Position numbers and translations under genes: made by a program. A stretch of 64,000 nt of DNA, from the IMG/VR virus record IMGVR_UViG_3300033069_001378, positions 1 through 64,000 of that record, one strand, 5' to 3'. Of the stretch, positions 47,801-57,298 are shown in pieces (the stretch's first letter is position 1; the number at the start of each line of letters is the position of its first letter). The notes beneath the pieces are model-generated. The model made no database searches. It was given only the letters and a program-made list of their open reading frames with translations, and was not told the origin of the DNA. Origin of the DNA: a virus. Lineage: Duplodnaviria > Caudoviricetes.

Positions 47801-48214
47801 GATGAAATGGTTCTCGCTTGAGTTTGCATAGTAGATATCAACAGACTCAGTAAACTTGCTGTTTAGTTCTGTGGCTTCTGTTGTTAGAATTTCATTTAGA
47901 TAACGAACAAGATCAGGGATTGTTCTTGCCCCAAGAGAATCGTCAAGAAGTGCTTCCATTACCCTCTGTTCTGGGTCATTCTGGGATCTGACCCTATCCT
48001 CTGGTCTTGTAGCGGTAACAGCACTCACTCTTGGAGTTGGAGGATTGGTAGCACCCGTCGATGCAACAGAAGGGTTTGACCTGTTTATTGTTGTATTCAC
48101 CATGTCAAGTCTTGAGATCAAGTCTCTTGTTGTGCCAGTTCCAAAGTAAGGAGATAGCTTGGAAATAGCTTGATTCATCAAGAACTTCTTACGTTGTGGG
48201 CTCATGTTTGACAT
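44864..48214 (-). CDS. large tail/baseplate hub-like protein
   Basis: LEYGW, C-terminal LEMLGCP...FFMDFNTGTTIDNFYSVVG...FDTRVK; tail-module context. Confidence 0.65.
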   Translation of the reverse strand: MSNMSPQRKKFLMNQAISKLSPYFGTGTTRDLISRLDMVNTTINRSNPSVASTGATNPPTPRVSAVTATRPEDRVRSQNDPEQRVMEALLDDSLGARTIPDLVRYLNEILTTEATELNSKFTESVDIYYANSSENHFIKGNVLDMFDTPIQTGPVTGRRAGRQQTNAMSKATVGEGAAVPIGYSAKELINAPGSERHLSAFLINTARVSFTQRNNNIIGLFANSIPNIEINRISPYLEVRFNTPRTPTTTRDNKEVINGMSLVKFINGAASIEKNSVTRALVMANKTDRPTTGAGSAGRANPTTTSTSAITPEFYTSAGMEMFTSPQSLVNGNYTDNPTLHSQKILDKFLPFMSLEGVELNVVPTRGLMSNKTGTIKIKLHDRSRLADIAEFIRPEYYGANEVVLEYGWFHPDGEKLTIGNSTDRNFYGDLLNGMRVQEKYQIVNASYSMTENGEVTLELRVSMKGANDFETESILTDDENISNSMRAIQELQSTIVDLRRAVFGDNNSSFGSREIRGTQILDAAGDGVNHLLLTRELRTSLEQMRRFLGNVRRTGQRGNDVSQLVTALNNYETNVRSAQTSLASMLRKKLQILTNSPDPIKDGALVKLGISIDNTLDDRIVVNGTQTNFNNFLQSIGYTANDRVNGSFSLAKLLLLFVGIPLIQTDKYHDVQFYFYPFNVNAAQANRINTGEFVINADLFMLKFMQWRLGSLGQSSNVNLREFIQWLAATFFDDPVSEVYGLKTQTNHGRSAPLYRRVFTEENGVGVEPNIAAGREARGTTGVSDREANFMQALNDTLTNLTPNGEFRVPQIEFYIESLPAKDPTNQDIDDTKTVLKIHVFDRLNSPYESVQQINRSTRDNVISSIGTAVTTHNAAQAQQEITTEANNGRRLTAQQIQQNTTRRNTLDISMAQYNENIQRAVAAEILELIPNSNPVRYRLKGGPNSARNLKEFFYTVAPYMIYGSAGSIIKNASLSSLQDSRLTTVNFLRSHTASPLEPNGENPGGLPMQVIPAQLELEMLGCPFFNVGQTFFMDFNTGTTIDNFYSVVGATYSIGPGSFDTRVKMAPTDGYGQYINIMNQINNFRGELNGIQTDQEAQAAVVAAKEAGRNTTGS

Positions 48215-48247
48215 AGATTTTTTGCTTTATTCTCGTCTAAGTTCAAA

Positions 48248-48550
48248 TCAAACGTACTTTGAAACGTCTGACATATCTGGTATTCTGATTATAGTTCCTG
48301 GAAGAATGCCCAATCCATAACCAACATTAGAAGCAGCGGCAATGATCCACCATAGAGTTCCATCTCCGTACTCAATTCCTGCAAGAGTATCCAGTCTGAT
48401 TGCTTCTTTTATCACAATCTCTCTGTAACGAATGTTTCCATTCTGCATGTTTTCTCTAATGGCTGGAATGGCATAAGATGTTCCGTAGTAACGGTTCAAT
48501 CCTATCACTGGAGTATTTGAATATCTTTTGATTGCTGAAGTTGTTGACAT
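48248..48550 (-). CDS. baseplate wedge / tail-X (LysM-like) protein
   Basis: RLDTLAGIEYGDGTLWWIIAAAS...GTIIRIP. Confidence 0.8.
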   Translation of the reverse strand: MSTTSAIKRYSNTPVIGLNRYYGTSYAIPAIRENMQNGNIRYREIVIKEAIRLDTLAGIEYGDGTLWWIIAAASNVGYGLGILPGTIIRIPDMSDVSKYV

Positions 48551-48560
48551 TATCTAGTGC

Positions 48561-51500
48561 TCACTGTTGTCCACCCTGTTGTGGAGTTCCGTTGCCATTG
48601 GGATCTTTGAGATTCTTCATTATAGAACCAACTCTGTATGGAGCACCAATCATGAATCCAGACGAATCAATGCCAGGGTTAATATCAAACACAGGCAAGA
48701 AGTCAATCGAAACTGGCATCATTGTAGGAGCTTTTCTATCTTGGTCAACTCCCCAAATGGTAGACTCATCCCAATCAAACTGAACATTCTTAATGAAGCC
48801 TGCCATACCTTCTCCCTTTGTTGATTCAAAGCCTTTGAAGATAGGGTTTTCTTGTTCACTTAAGAACTTGGAAATTGTTGTATTTGAATTTGTTGTGTTG
48901 TTGTTTTGATTTGCAAGTTGATTGATCTTTTGAACACTTGGCTTTACAAGACTTGCAGGCATTCCGTTGAATATGAATGTGCCTTTGTCAAATTTGAATT
49001 CGCCCGAAGGAGTAACTGATTCAAATGTTATATCTTCGCCCGCTGGAATGATAGACATTGGCTTATCTACATTTTGGTTTATGTTTGGACTTGTAGGCAT
49101 TGGTCTGTATACAGTTCCATTATACGAGAAGAAATCTTGTTGGAGTGTGTATGCTGTTCTGACAGCAAATGGACTATCAGAGGAGTTGTTTAGTTGAGTA
49201 AACAAACTTTCAATTGCAGAATAGTTTGTGTCAACCATTGCTAAATCGCTTTGAGTTCCTGTTGCATCTGTTGATGATCCTTCAACGTTGAACATGCTTT
49301 GGTTTCCAATTCCGAACATTCTTGCCAAATCAAACTTGGAATAGTTTGTTGTAAACAAGTCGCCAAGTCTCATTCTAACCATTGGAGATGCGGCAGGAAG
49401 CTGTGAGAAAGGTTGAGCAAAGCTGACGTTTGCTCCATTGACTTCTGTTTGAAGCTTTCTTCCTTCTGTATATTGTGGCATTGTGAAAGACACAAGTTTG
49501 TTTATCTTGAACCACATTTCGTCAAAGTCTTGTGGGCTTGTAGAAACTAGCATGAATCCAAGACCAACAGAACGGTTTGTGTTCTTCCACTTGTAGATCT
49601 TTCCTAAGCGTCCATAAGCTTCTGTTTCTGAGTAGTCTGCGTCGAATGAATCCTTAACGGAAGTCAAGAAGGCATGAAACGAAATGATCTCGTTTGTTCT
49701 CAAGTCGTGGAAGTAGAATGGCATGTATGTGCCAGCAAGCTCAGCTTCTAAAGCAGTAACTTGTTCCTGGGAAAGTCTATTGACCGTTCCAGGCTTATGG
49801 AAATAGTTTTGCTTTGTAAGTTGTGACACAGCATTGTAGTTGTTCAAATAGAGTCTTGAACCAATCTCAATTTCCTTCGGACGAATATACATTGAGGCAA
49901 TTGTGTTGGATGCCCATGAAGTGCCACCTGCACCCTTGGAGACTCCACTTGAAAGTCTTCCCTTTTTGTGGAAGTTTTTGAGGTTGATTCTTGAAGGAAC
50001 AACGTTTCTTACACCTTGGCTTGACATAGAGTCAAGCATTAACGGATTTGCAGCTTCATCCATGTATGTATACATTTTGTCACCAGCCAGCACAGCATCG
50101 CCAAGCATTGCCATGATGTTGACAAAGCGAATCATACGATTCTCTCTTAGTTGTCCAATCATTCTGAAAGAAGCCTCAACGGTTCCAGCAGCATTTCTTG
50201 AATCTTCGTTGGTCCACGAGTTCACTTCAAGAGAACCCTTAACGTTATCGTTGCCTGCAAGATTTGCAATACCAAGACCAACGTCAACCAAATCTCTGGT
50301 GATACTTCTTAAGATTGTGTTTGCATAGTTTGGAGATGTGAGAATGATGTTTCGTGAATCTCTGTTTGTTGGATCAAAGAAAGTCTTCAGACCTATTCTA
50401 ACGCATTCTTTGAAGTCGTTCTTTGTAGCAACAAGTCCAAGAATATTCTCTGTGTCTCCAACGATTCCACCAATCAGATTGCCTGGTCCCTGATCGTTCT
50501 GTTTTGGAATCTTGACTCCAAGTGAGTTTTGACCAAGATGACTTACATGGTAGTTATAGGTATTGTTAGCCCCACCATCTGTGTTTGTTGTTCTTCTAAC
50601 GAAGCTCTGAATCTTATCAGAACCAAAAAGCGCAGACAATGCCAAGGCTACACCTGAAATAGCTGCTGCCATAGCACCGGCAGAAACGATTGCTGCTCCG
50701 TCTGAGATAAAGCCATCGAAAGGAAGTACAGGATTGTATGGAGAACCAAAGCTTTTCTTCTTTGGTCCATTGTTCTCAAGCCCAGGAAGCTCTGTCTTGT
50801 TGTAGTTTGGATTTACCTTATCCATTATGGTTGATGGTTTAAAGTCATCATAGTTGACTCTCTGACCAATTCTTGCCAAGCCCGGAGCCAATGTGCTACC
50901 AAGAGACTTGAACGACTCGCCAGAACCTTCATCCTTTGGAATGTAGTATTCACCAGATGCCTTCAACATGGTTTGGATGCCAAGGTTCTTAAGCTGGTCT
51001 ACAGTGATTGTAAAACCCTGTGAAGCCTCGTTGTTGCCACGACCCAAGAATCCTGGCGGATAAGGTGAATGAAGTCCAGGAACGTTTTGTATAATGAAAT
51101 CCTTGGTTCCCGAGTTGCCTTCTGTCTCTGTTCCGTTGGAAGTGAGATATGGTTTCTCTGGATTGAACCTTGTTGTTTGTTCCATTCTTTTGAAAACGGT
51201 GTCGGATACAATGTTTCCGTTTACTTGGTTTTCGTTAAAGATAAGCTCATCAAGCGTTAGAGACTTACCATTCTTCTTGTTCTGCTTGCCTTTGACAACG
51301 TTCAGACCAAGGTTCTCACCTTCCATATCAAACATGCCTGTGTCTGAGTTCCTGTTGAACTTAGAGATAGCTTCTTGTGAGGTTGGACCTAGAGTATCTG
51401 AAAAGAATGTGCCTTCTGTTTGTCCCATCCCTGTATTGATAACGGCAGGCTTTCCATCAAACGAACGTATACCCAGTTCAATCACGGTTGGGTTGGTTGG

Positions 51501-51683
51501 CTTGTACTCTTGGTTGTTGCTTGAATCGTTGGATATCTCTACCAAATGATTTGCAGCAATTTGTTTATCTTCTGGAATGACGTCATCTTGCTCGAAATGA
51601 ACAAGAGGATCTGTGTCCTTGCGAAGATAGTTCTCAAGAGTTATAAACCTGAGTTTTGTATTGTTTGAAGAGGATGGAGGCAT
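48561..51683 (-). CDS. tail/baseplate protein with tube-initiator-like domain
   Basis: PFYFHDLRTNEIISFHAFLTS.KDSF...YGR...RS..LGF...PMVRMRLGDL. Confidence 0.65.
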   Translation of the reverse strand: MPPSSSNNTKLRFITLENYLRKDTDPLVHFEQDDVIPEDKQIAANHLVEISNDSSNNQEYKPTNPTVIELGIRSFDGKPAVINTGMGQTEGTFFSDTLGPTSQEAISKFNRNSDTGMFDMEGENLGLNVVKGKQNKKNGKSLTLDELIFNENQVNGNIVSDTVFKRMEQTTRFNPEKPYLTSNGTETEGNSGTKDFIIQNVPGLHSPYPPGFLGRGNNEASQGFTITVDQLKNLGIQTMLKASGEYYIPKDEGSGESFKSLGSTLAPGLARIGQRVNYDDFKPSTIMDKVNPNYNKTELPGLENNGPKKKSFGSPYNPVLPFDGFISDGAAIVSAGAMAAAISGVALALSALFGSDKIQSFVRRTTNTDGGANNTYNYHVSHLGQNSLGVKIPKQNDQGPGNLIGGIVGDTENILGLVATKNDFKECVRIGLKTFFDPTNRDSRNIILTSPNYANTILRSITRDLVDVGLGIANLAGNDNVKGSLEVNSWTNEDSRNAAGTVEASFRMIGQLRENRMIRFVNIMAMLGDAVLAGDKMYTYMDEAANPLMLDSMSSQGVRNVVPSRINLKNFHKKGRLSSGVSKGAGGTSWASNTIASMYIRPKEIEIGSRLYLNNYNAVSQLTKQNYFHKPGTVNRLSQEQVTALEAELAGTYMPFYFHDLRTNEIISFHAFLTSVKDSFDADYSETEAYGRLGKIYKWKNTNRSVGLGFMLVSTSPQDFDEMWFKINKLVSFTMPQYTEGRKLQTEVNGANVSFAQPFSQLPAASPMVRMRLGDLFTTNYSKFDLARMFGIGNQSMFNVEGSSTDATGTQSDLAMVDTNYSAIESLFTQLNNSSDSPFAVRTAYTLQQDFFSYNGTVYRPMPTSPNINQNVDKPMSIIPAGEDITFESVTPSGEFKFDKGTFIFNGMPASLVKPSVQKINQLANQNNNTTNSNTTISKFLSEQENPIFKGFESTKGEGMAGFIKNVQFDWDESTIWGVDQDRKAPTMMPVSIDFLPVFDINPGIDSSGFMIGAPYRVGSIMKNLKDPNGNGTPQQGGQQ

Positions 51684-51698
51684 ATAGCTAAATACGCA

Positions 51699-51902
51699 TC
51701 ACTTAGATTCTTTGGAGGATTCTTCGATAGCTTTTTCTATTGGTAGGACTATTTGAGTCTCTACACTTGAGATGATGCCATCAATTGCCTTTTGAATAAG
51801 AACCTTTTGATCGATAGGGAGTTGAGAAAGAAAGTCATTGATTGCGTCACCAGACTCTTCGTTAACCATTTCTCTGAATGTTTTATTGTTATTGTTGTCC
51901 AT
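51699..51902 (-). CDS. hypothetical protein
   Basis: tiling ORF between tail genes. Confidence 0.65.
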   Translation of the reverse strand: MDNNNNKTFREMVNEESGDAINDFLSQLPIDQKVLIQKAIDGIISSVETQIVLPIEKAIEESSKESK

Positions 51903-51911
51903 AGACTTCTA

Positions 51912-54900
51912 TCAACCTCCACCAGATACAACAGGCGTTCCTGCGTTGCCGACAGTTGCCACTTGAGCAGTAGCATATCCTGGCTGATCGCTATGTCTAA
52001 CGCTGCCTGGACCATTTGTGATAATGAATGTAGAACCACCGGGTCTTGTAGCGATTGCAGCTTCAATGTCGTCAACAGCAAGATTAACGGTTACATTGAT
52101 TGTAACGCTCACAGCGCCAACAGTTAGTGAACTTTGTTGTCTACCGGACAAGCCAAGTCTATCTCTTGTTCTCTGAAGAGCAACGGTAAGATTGTTCGAC
52201 TTGTTAGAAATGTTCCTTAGATCACCGTTGAGCGAGTCAACGAGTGTAGAATAGTCGTGGATTACGCCAGCAATTCTTGTGATTGTTGCGCTCTTTACAG
52301 ACTCAATGTTTGCCACCATCGACTCACTGGTAAGACCACCTACTCTTGTAAGTAGATTTTGAAGGGTTTCGGCGAAACCTCCTGCGTTTCTAGCAATATC
52401 TGTCATTGCTGTCGTAGCGTTAAAGAGAGTGCCAAGAGTTCTGACCTTGCCTGAGATTTGAGATACTTGGTCTGCTGGAATTGCGTTAAGACCTTCGAGA
52501 AGTTTTGGAATCATGGTTCCCAAGGCACTTGTGAATCCTGTAGATAGGGCATCAAGAGCTTTCTTCATTCCATTAATCTTCGCTTGAATCTCTGTAGCAC
52601 TTCCACTGATCATCTCTGGACCTATGTGACCAACAACTCGCAATATTGAACCGATTGCCTCAAGCATTGGACCAAGTATTCTTGAAATGTTATATAGATT
52701 TGCTGATTGAGCAGGGTTTAGATTTGCACTAGATGAAATTTGTTGGATAACCTGTCCGATCGCGGTGAAGAAGTTATTGTCTCCAGAGGACAAAGAACGT
52801 ACGATTGTTCCGAATAGGTTGCCAAGTTGAGTCATTCTGGTTGCAACTGTTGAGCTTGCAAGGATTTCTCTTATTGCTTGGCTTCTAAGAATTGTACCAA
52901 ACATGTTGGCAATTCCACCAAGAACCGTTGTTATTCCTGTGGATATTGCTGCAACGTTGCCTGCCTTTGCTGGATCAAGAGTACCAGCACTTGAAACGAT
53001 GGCATTAACCAATATTGCGCTTCTTCCAATCAAAGTAACCATGTGGTCTTTGATTCTCATGAAGAAGTCACCAGCAGCACGAATAGTTTCTGTGTCTGCA
53101 TCTCTTGGAATAGCTCTTGAGATATTACCAATCAACTGCCCAACAGAGCCAAGAACTTGTACGATTGACTGTGCTCTTGCAAGCTCAGCTTGTCCACCTT
53201 GAACCGATGAGATTGCTCTGAGGATTGATTGAACCATTACAGGAATCTGCAAGGAGATCATTGAAATGAATCCAACCATGGAACCAATTTGATTTGATAC
53301 TGTATCACCAGCAATGACAGACAATACACTTGTATTACTTAGAACTCCTCCAACGTTTCTAATGAATCCTCCAACTGCCGATAGAAGTTGGGTTACTATT
53401 TGAACCTTTCCTTCAACCCCTGCTCCAGTTGGGATGTTTGTTAGGCTTGCAATTATGACAGTTGCAGCAGTACCAATCGCTGTGGCAAACTGTGTAACGA
53501 GTCCAAAACCTTGATTGAGGATTGTTCTAATGCCTGGAAGTAGGCTTAAAAGTCCTGCTGCCATTATACCTGCGCCAACTGCAAGGACCGATAGAATGGT
53601 CACAGAAGCACTTCTGATCTTAGCTTCGGTTGCATTGAGCAATCCTGTTGAAAGAGTGGAGAACACGCCAGCTATTGCGAATGAAGCTACTGCCATTGCT
53701 GTTGCAAACGCTGTAACTGCTAAGACACCTGCAATCAACAATGGAACTCCAAGAGAAGCAACACCTGCTGCCATCAATGCAGCACCACCAAGGATAGCAG
53801 CACCAATAAGCAATACAGCACTACCAACAAGTGCCATTGTCATGAGAAGATCTCCCATTGAGATACCAGATGATTTAACAACCATTGTCAATCCAATGAG
53901 AGCCAAAACGATAACTCCAAGTCCTGCAAGTAACAAGGCTGCTGGACCGATTGCAGCGGTAGCACCTGGAGCCAATGGAGCAACGCCCATCAACTCAACC
54001 GCTACAAGTCCAACGATTCCAAGGACTACTGCTGCGGCAATGAACACACCTGATGACTTGGCAAGACTTGCTGCCGAGATGTTATGTCTTTGAATGTATC
54101 CTGCAAGCAAGACGATTCCTGCAATGATTGCGATCAAGCCAATGGTAATAAATGCAGCGATTGCAAGTGCCTTTGGAATCATTGAGGCACTAACTGGAGA
54201 ACCTGCAACTGCTGGACCAACTGCCGAAGCACCCTCTGTTGCTGCTAGAGCTGCTCCACCTGCACCTGCAACGGCAGATGGATTTGGAACGGGTGCAGAC
54301 GCAAGTGTTGAACCTGCTTGGCTTAGAATGTCTGTAGCACCCCTTGCTACTTGTTGTGAACCTCTTCTTGTACTTCTGTCAATGATTGCACCAAGCATAG
54401 AGCCAAAGAGTCTTGCAAAGATTGTCATGAATCCTGTTGAAGCAAGGCTGAAAGCACCAGACAATGCTGCTGGAGCAAACATTACTCTAAAGATGGTTGG
54501 AAGCCATTCCATAACCTTTGGAAGAAGCTTTGCCTTTGCCTTATCCCATAGAGTATGAAGAAGAGTTCCTAGAGCAGCCAACAAAGGAGGACCAGCTTCT
54601 CTCAAAGCATCAATAAGAGGAATGACGAAACTTGTCATTACGAAACCACCAATGCCAGAAGCACCAGATGCTCCGCTGCGCATTCTTGCCATAGCAGCAG
54701 CAGGGTTTTGTATAAAGCTTGTAAGGGCAGTAACGCCTCTTGTCACAGACTGCATAGCAAACTTCAAGCCACTCACAAAGATGGTTGCAAATGCCGTTAG
54801 GAAGCTTCTAAGACCATTTAGGAATCGTTGTCCACCTGGGGATGAAGGATTAAAGAGATCAGCGAAGTGCTGTCTGAAGTTCTGAACAAAGTTTCCAAAA

Positions 54901-56636
54901 GCTGTGCTTCTTGTACGAGGATCTCCAAGCTCTCTGAAGAATGTTCTGAACATGACAGACACAGCTTGAATTCTTGCTCTCCACATAGAAGGGTTAAAGA
55001 TTTCTCTCAATCCTCCAAGCATCTCTCTTACTCCAGGGAAAGCTTCAACGAAAGCACGACCAACTTGTCTTCCTTCTTGGAAAACAATTCTCATATCTCG
55101 CCTTAAATCTCGCATTAACCCTCGAAATTCTCGAGATCGCATGATTCCAGCAGTAAATCCATCCAAGAATATCTTGAAGAAACCTCCTTGAAGACCTTGA
55201 CCGGACTTAACCATTCTCTCAATTGAGTTGGCTAACTTCTCCATTGCTTCTGCTTGAGAAAGTTGTTTCTTCTTTGTAGCTTCGGATTGTTTCTGTATGT
55301 CTGCGTAGGAAGTAGCCTGGCTCTTTTGTGCAAAGACCAACGAAAGAGTCTCTTGATCAAGACCTGTTTGTTCTGCCAACAATGCTCTTTCTTGGCGTGT
55401 CATGTTCTCAACAGAACGACCAGCAGCAAAGAACGCTTTTCTCAATTGTTCAATTCTTGCTGCCGGATCCTGTTCCTGAATCATTTGGAACGCATCGATG
55501 TTAAGACCAAATGCTTGAGACAACTGTGCTGCGCCCTCGGCTGCCTTTTCGAAATCATCAAAGCTTGTGATTGCTCCCTTTAGCTTTTCAACTTCAACAC
55601 CGAGCTTACGAGCGAATACAGAAACGTTTGTGAGAGTTTGAATCGATAGATTACCAAAGCTATCGAAGTCATGCATCATCTTTCCAACGTCCCTGGATAT
55701 CTCTTTGCCGTTAATTCCGAAGGCTTCACCCATTCCATAAGCAAAGGTTGTTATCTCTCTACCAAGCTCATTGATATCTCTACCTGTTGTGATAGACATT
55801 CTTGCAATGCCTCTTTGAGCTTCTGCGGTATCAAGACCAAGACCCTTAAGGTATGCACCAAATCTTTGAGCAGCTAATCCACTTTCGGTAAGCTGACCGC
55901 TGATCATGTTGAAGATTGGACCCATGTTATGAGCAACTTCTTGGAAGGTCTTCAAGGCTTCTGCCAAGTTTCCAAAGATTCTTCTTCCTGCTAAGCCAGT
56001 TTCGGCAAGTGGTCCTCTCATACTTCTGGAAATGTCAATGATCGCAGCAGAGGCTCCGGTACGTAAGTCACCGAATTCTTTACGAATATCTTCAAGTGCT
56101 TGTCTTAGGCTGTTGTCTCCACCGCCCTGTTGTGCCATGTTCATGAGTCCGTTTAGAATCTTGAACGGAAACGATATGACGCTCAAGGCAAAGTGTCCCA
56201 ACGACGCTGCCACATTCTTTGTGATATTCCACATGGAGCCCATTACGTTGACAGAAAGCTTCAAACCTTTCCAGAAGCCGTTAAGACCAGATGCCATGGT
56301 TGCCCATATCATTCCTCGCTTACCAATCTTCTCAAGGTCATTATACATCCCAAACATTAGCTTTTGGGTTGTTGACAACGATTGGTTCATCTGCTCGAAC
56401 GCTTCTTTCGAAGTGTCACCATAACGCTCAACACGCTCAGCAGAGGTTTCCATGAGGCTGTTTAGGTTCTCATAGAAGTCTGTAGTCTCATCGGAAGTCA
56501 TGTTGTCCATTGCTTTGGACATTTGTTGCATTATGGCAAGGCTTCCGCGAAGATTGCTGTTCATCTTCTCAAAGAAGCTTGCTCTCTTTTCGAACATTGC
56601 TTGAAGTTCTACTTCTTGTTCATAGGTATTTGCCAT
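51912..56636 (-). CDS. tail tape measure protein
   Basis: 1574 aa, helical, Ala/Gly/Leu-rich with a long hydrophobic segment; upstream of baseplate genes. Confidence 0.85.
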   Translation of the reverse strand: MANTYEQEVELQAMFEKRASFFEKMNSNLRGSLAIMQQMSKAMDNMTSDETTDFYENLNSLMETSAERVERYGDTSKEAFEQMNQSLSTTQKLMFGMYNDLEKIGKRGMIWATMASGLNGFWKGLKLSVNVMGSMWNITKNVAASLGHFALSVISFPFKILNGLMNMAQQGGGDNSLRQALEDIRKEFGDLRTGASAAIIDISRSMRGPLAETGLAGRRIFGNLAEALKTFQEVAHNMGPIFNMISGQLTESGLAAQRFGAYLKGLGLDTAEAQRGIARMSITTGRDINELGREITTFAYGMGEAFGINGKEISRDVGKMMHDFDSFGNLSIQTLTNVSVFARKLGVEVEKLKGAITSFDDFEKAAEGAAQLSQAFGLNIDAFQMIQEQDPAARIEQLRKAFFAAGRSVENMTRQERALLAEQTGLDQETLSLVFAQKSQATSYADIQKQSEATKKKQLSQAEAMEKLANSIERMVKSGQGLQGGFFKIFLDGFTAGIMRSREFRGLMRDLRRDMRIVFQEGRQVGRAFVEAFPGVREMLGGLREIFNPSMWRARIQAVSVMFRTFFRELGDPRTRSTAFGNFVQNFRQHFADLFNPSSPGGQRFLNGLRSFLTAFATIFVSGLKFAMQSVTRGVTALTSFIQNPAAAMARMRSGASGASGIGGFVMTSFVIPLIDALREAGPPLLAALGTLLHTLWDKAKAKLLPKVMEWLPTIFRVMFAPAALSGAFSLASTGFMTIFARLFGSMLGAIIDRSTRRGSQQVARGATDILSQAGSTLASAPVPNPSAVAGAGGAALAATEGASAVGPAVAGSPVSASMIPKALAIAAFITIGLIAIIAGIVLLAGYIQRHNISAASLAKSSGVFIAAAVVLGIVGLVAVELMGVAPLAPGATAAIGPAALLLAGLGVIVLALIGLTMVVKSSGISMGDLLMTMALVGSAVLLIGAAILGGAALMAAGVASLGVPLLIAGVLAVTAFATAMAVASFAIAGVFSTLSTGLLNATEAKIRSASVTILSVLAVGAGIMAAGLLSLLPGIRTILNQGFGLVTQFATAIGTAATVIIASLTNIPTGAGVEGKVQIVTQLLSAVGGFIRNVGGVLSNTSVLSVIAGDTVSNQIGSMVGFISMISLQIPVMVQSILRAISSVQGGQAELARAQSIVQVLGSVGQLIGNISRAIPRDADTETIRAAGDFFMRIKDHMVTLIGRSAILVNAIVSSAGTLDPAKAGNVAAISTGITTVLGGIANMFGTILRSQAIREILASSTVATRMTQLGNLFGTIVRSLSSGDNNFFTAIGQVIQQISSSANLNPAQSANLYNISRILGPMLEAIGSILRVVGHIGPEMISGSATEIQAKINGMKKALDALSTGFTSALGTMIPKLLEGLNAIPADQVSQISGKVRTLGTLFNATTAMTDIARNAGGFAETLQNLLTRVGGLTSESMVANIESVKSATITRIAGVIHDYSTLVDSLNGDLRNISNKSNNLTVALQRTRDRLGLSGRQQSSLTVGAVSVTINVTVNLAVDDIEAAIATRPGGSTFIITNGPGSVRHSDQPGYATAQVATVGNAGTPVVSGGG

Positions 56637-56673
56637 AATATGCTACAAAGATTTCCGGTAATATGTCAGCAGA

Positions 56674-56716
56674 TAAATAGAATCTAAATCGAAATATGAC
56701 TACTTACTATAAGTAG
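56674..56716. promoter_or_regulatory. divergent putative late promoters (TAYTTA on both strands)
   Basis: TAAATA 56674; palindrome CTACTTA-cta-TAAGTAG 56700-56716 between divergent genes. Confidence 0.55.
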
Positions 56717-56755
56717 CAAACAAATAAATCTTAACAGGAGCTAAGAAAGAAACAT

Positions 56756-57238
56756 ATGACCTTGCCAATAATCGTAAAAGAATCTACCAGCAGCAATTCG
56801 CAAACAGCAACAACAACAATGACAGAAGAAGTTGTTATCACTGATCCTGTTCTTTCAAAAATCCTTTCCGAGAGCGTAAGTGACGACGAGAAACTAAAGC
56901 TCATCAGAGAAGCTTATACATTCAAGTATAATCAAGAAGTCAAGCCAGAAGAGCTTGATTCTCTTAATGAATGGAACCTTTCTTGGTCAGGTAAGCTATT
57001 CTTTGCTGCCGCCGCAGCTTACATCGCTGGAAAAGTTATCAAGAACATGCCACTTAAGATCAAAGGAACCAAGGATCAACTAAAAGCAATCTCAGATGCT
57101 ATCGTTGCTTCCAAGTCATTTCAAGACGAACTAAAGAAGCCATCGGCATCAATCGAGTCGGTTGTGAAGAAGCTTAATCTCAAAAATATGACAAGAGAAC
57201 GCTTTAAACAATTAACTCATCGTGATTTTCCACTATGA
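56756..57238 (+). CDS. hypothetical late protein
   Basis: AGGAG upstream; divergent from tape measure. Confidence 0.75.
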   Translation: MTLPIIVKESTSSNSQTATTTMTEEVVITDPVLSKILSESVSDDEKLKLIREAYTFKYNQEVKPEELDSLNEWNLSWSGKLFFAAAAAYIAGKVIKNMPLKIKGTKDQLKAISDAIVASKSFQDELKKPSASIESVVKKLNLKNMTRERFKQLTHRDFPL

Positions 57239-57251
57239 AATAGGCACTTTT

Positions 57252-57289
57252 TGATTTTGGTTTACTTTTTCCAAAATCACTGATATAGT
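57252..57289 (+). promoter_or_regulatory. early promoter with inverted repeat; near-leaderless
   Basis: TGATTTTGG-TTTACTtttt-CCAAAATCA, TATAGT, 9 nt, ATG57299. Confidence 0.8.
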
Positions 57290-57298
57290 TCTGAAACT

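Noticed and set aside
51860-51902. KTFREMVNE resembling the T4 capsid-targeting sequence
   Set aside because: Single short match in a tail operon; too weak to include in the leader family.
56636-56756. Tail assembly chaperone frameshift upstream of tape measure
   Set aside because: The upstream gene is divergent, so no co-oriented chaperone pair is present.
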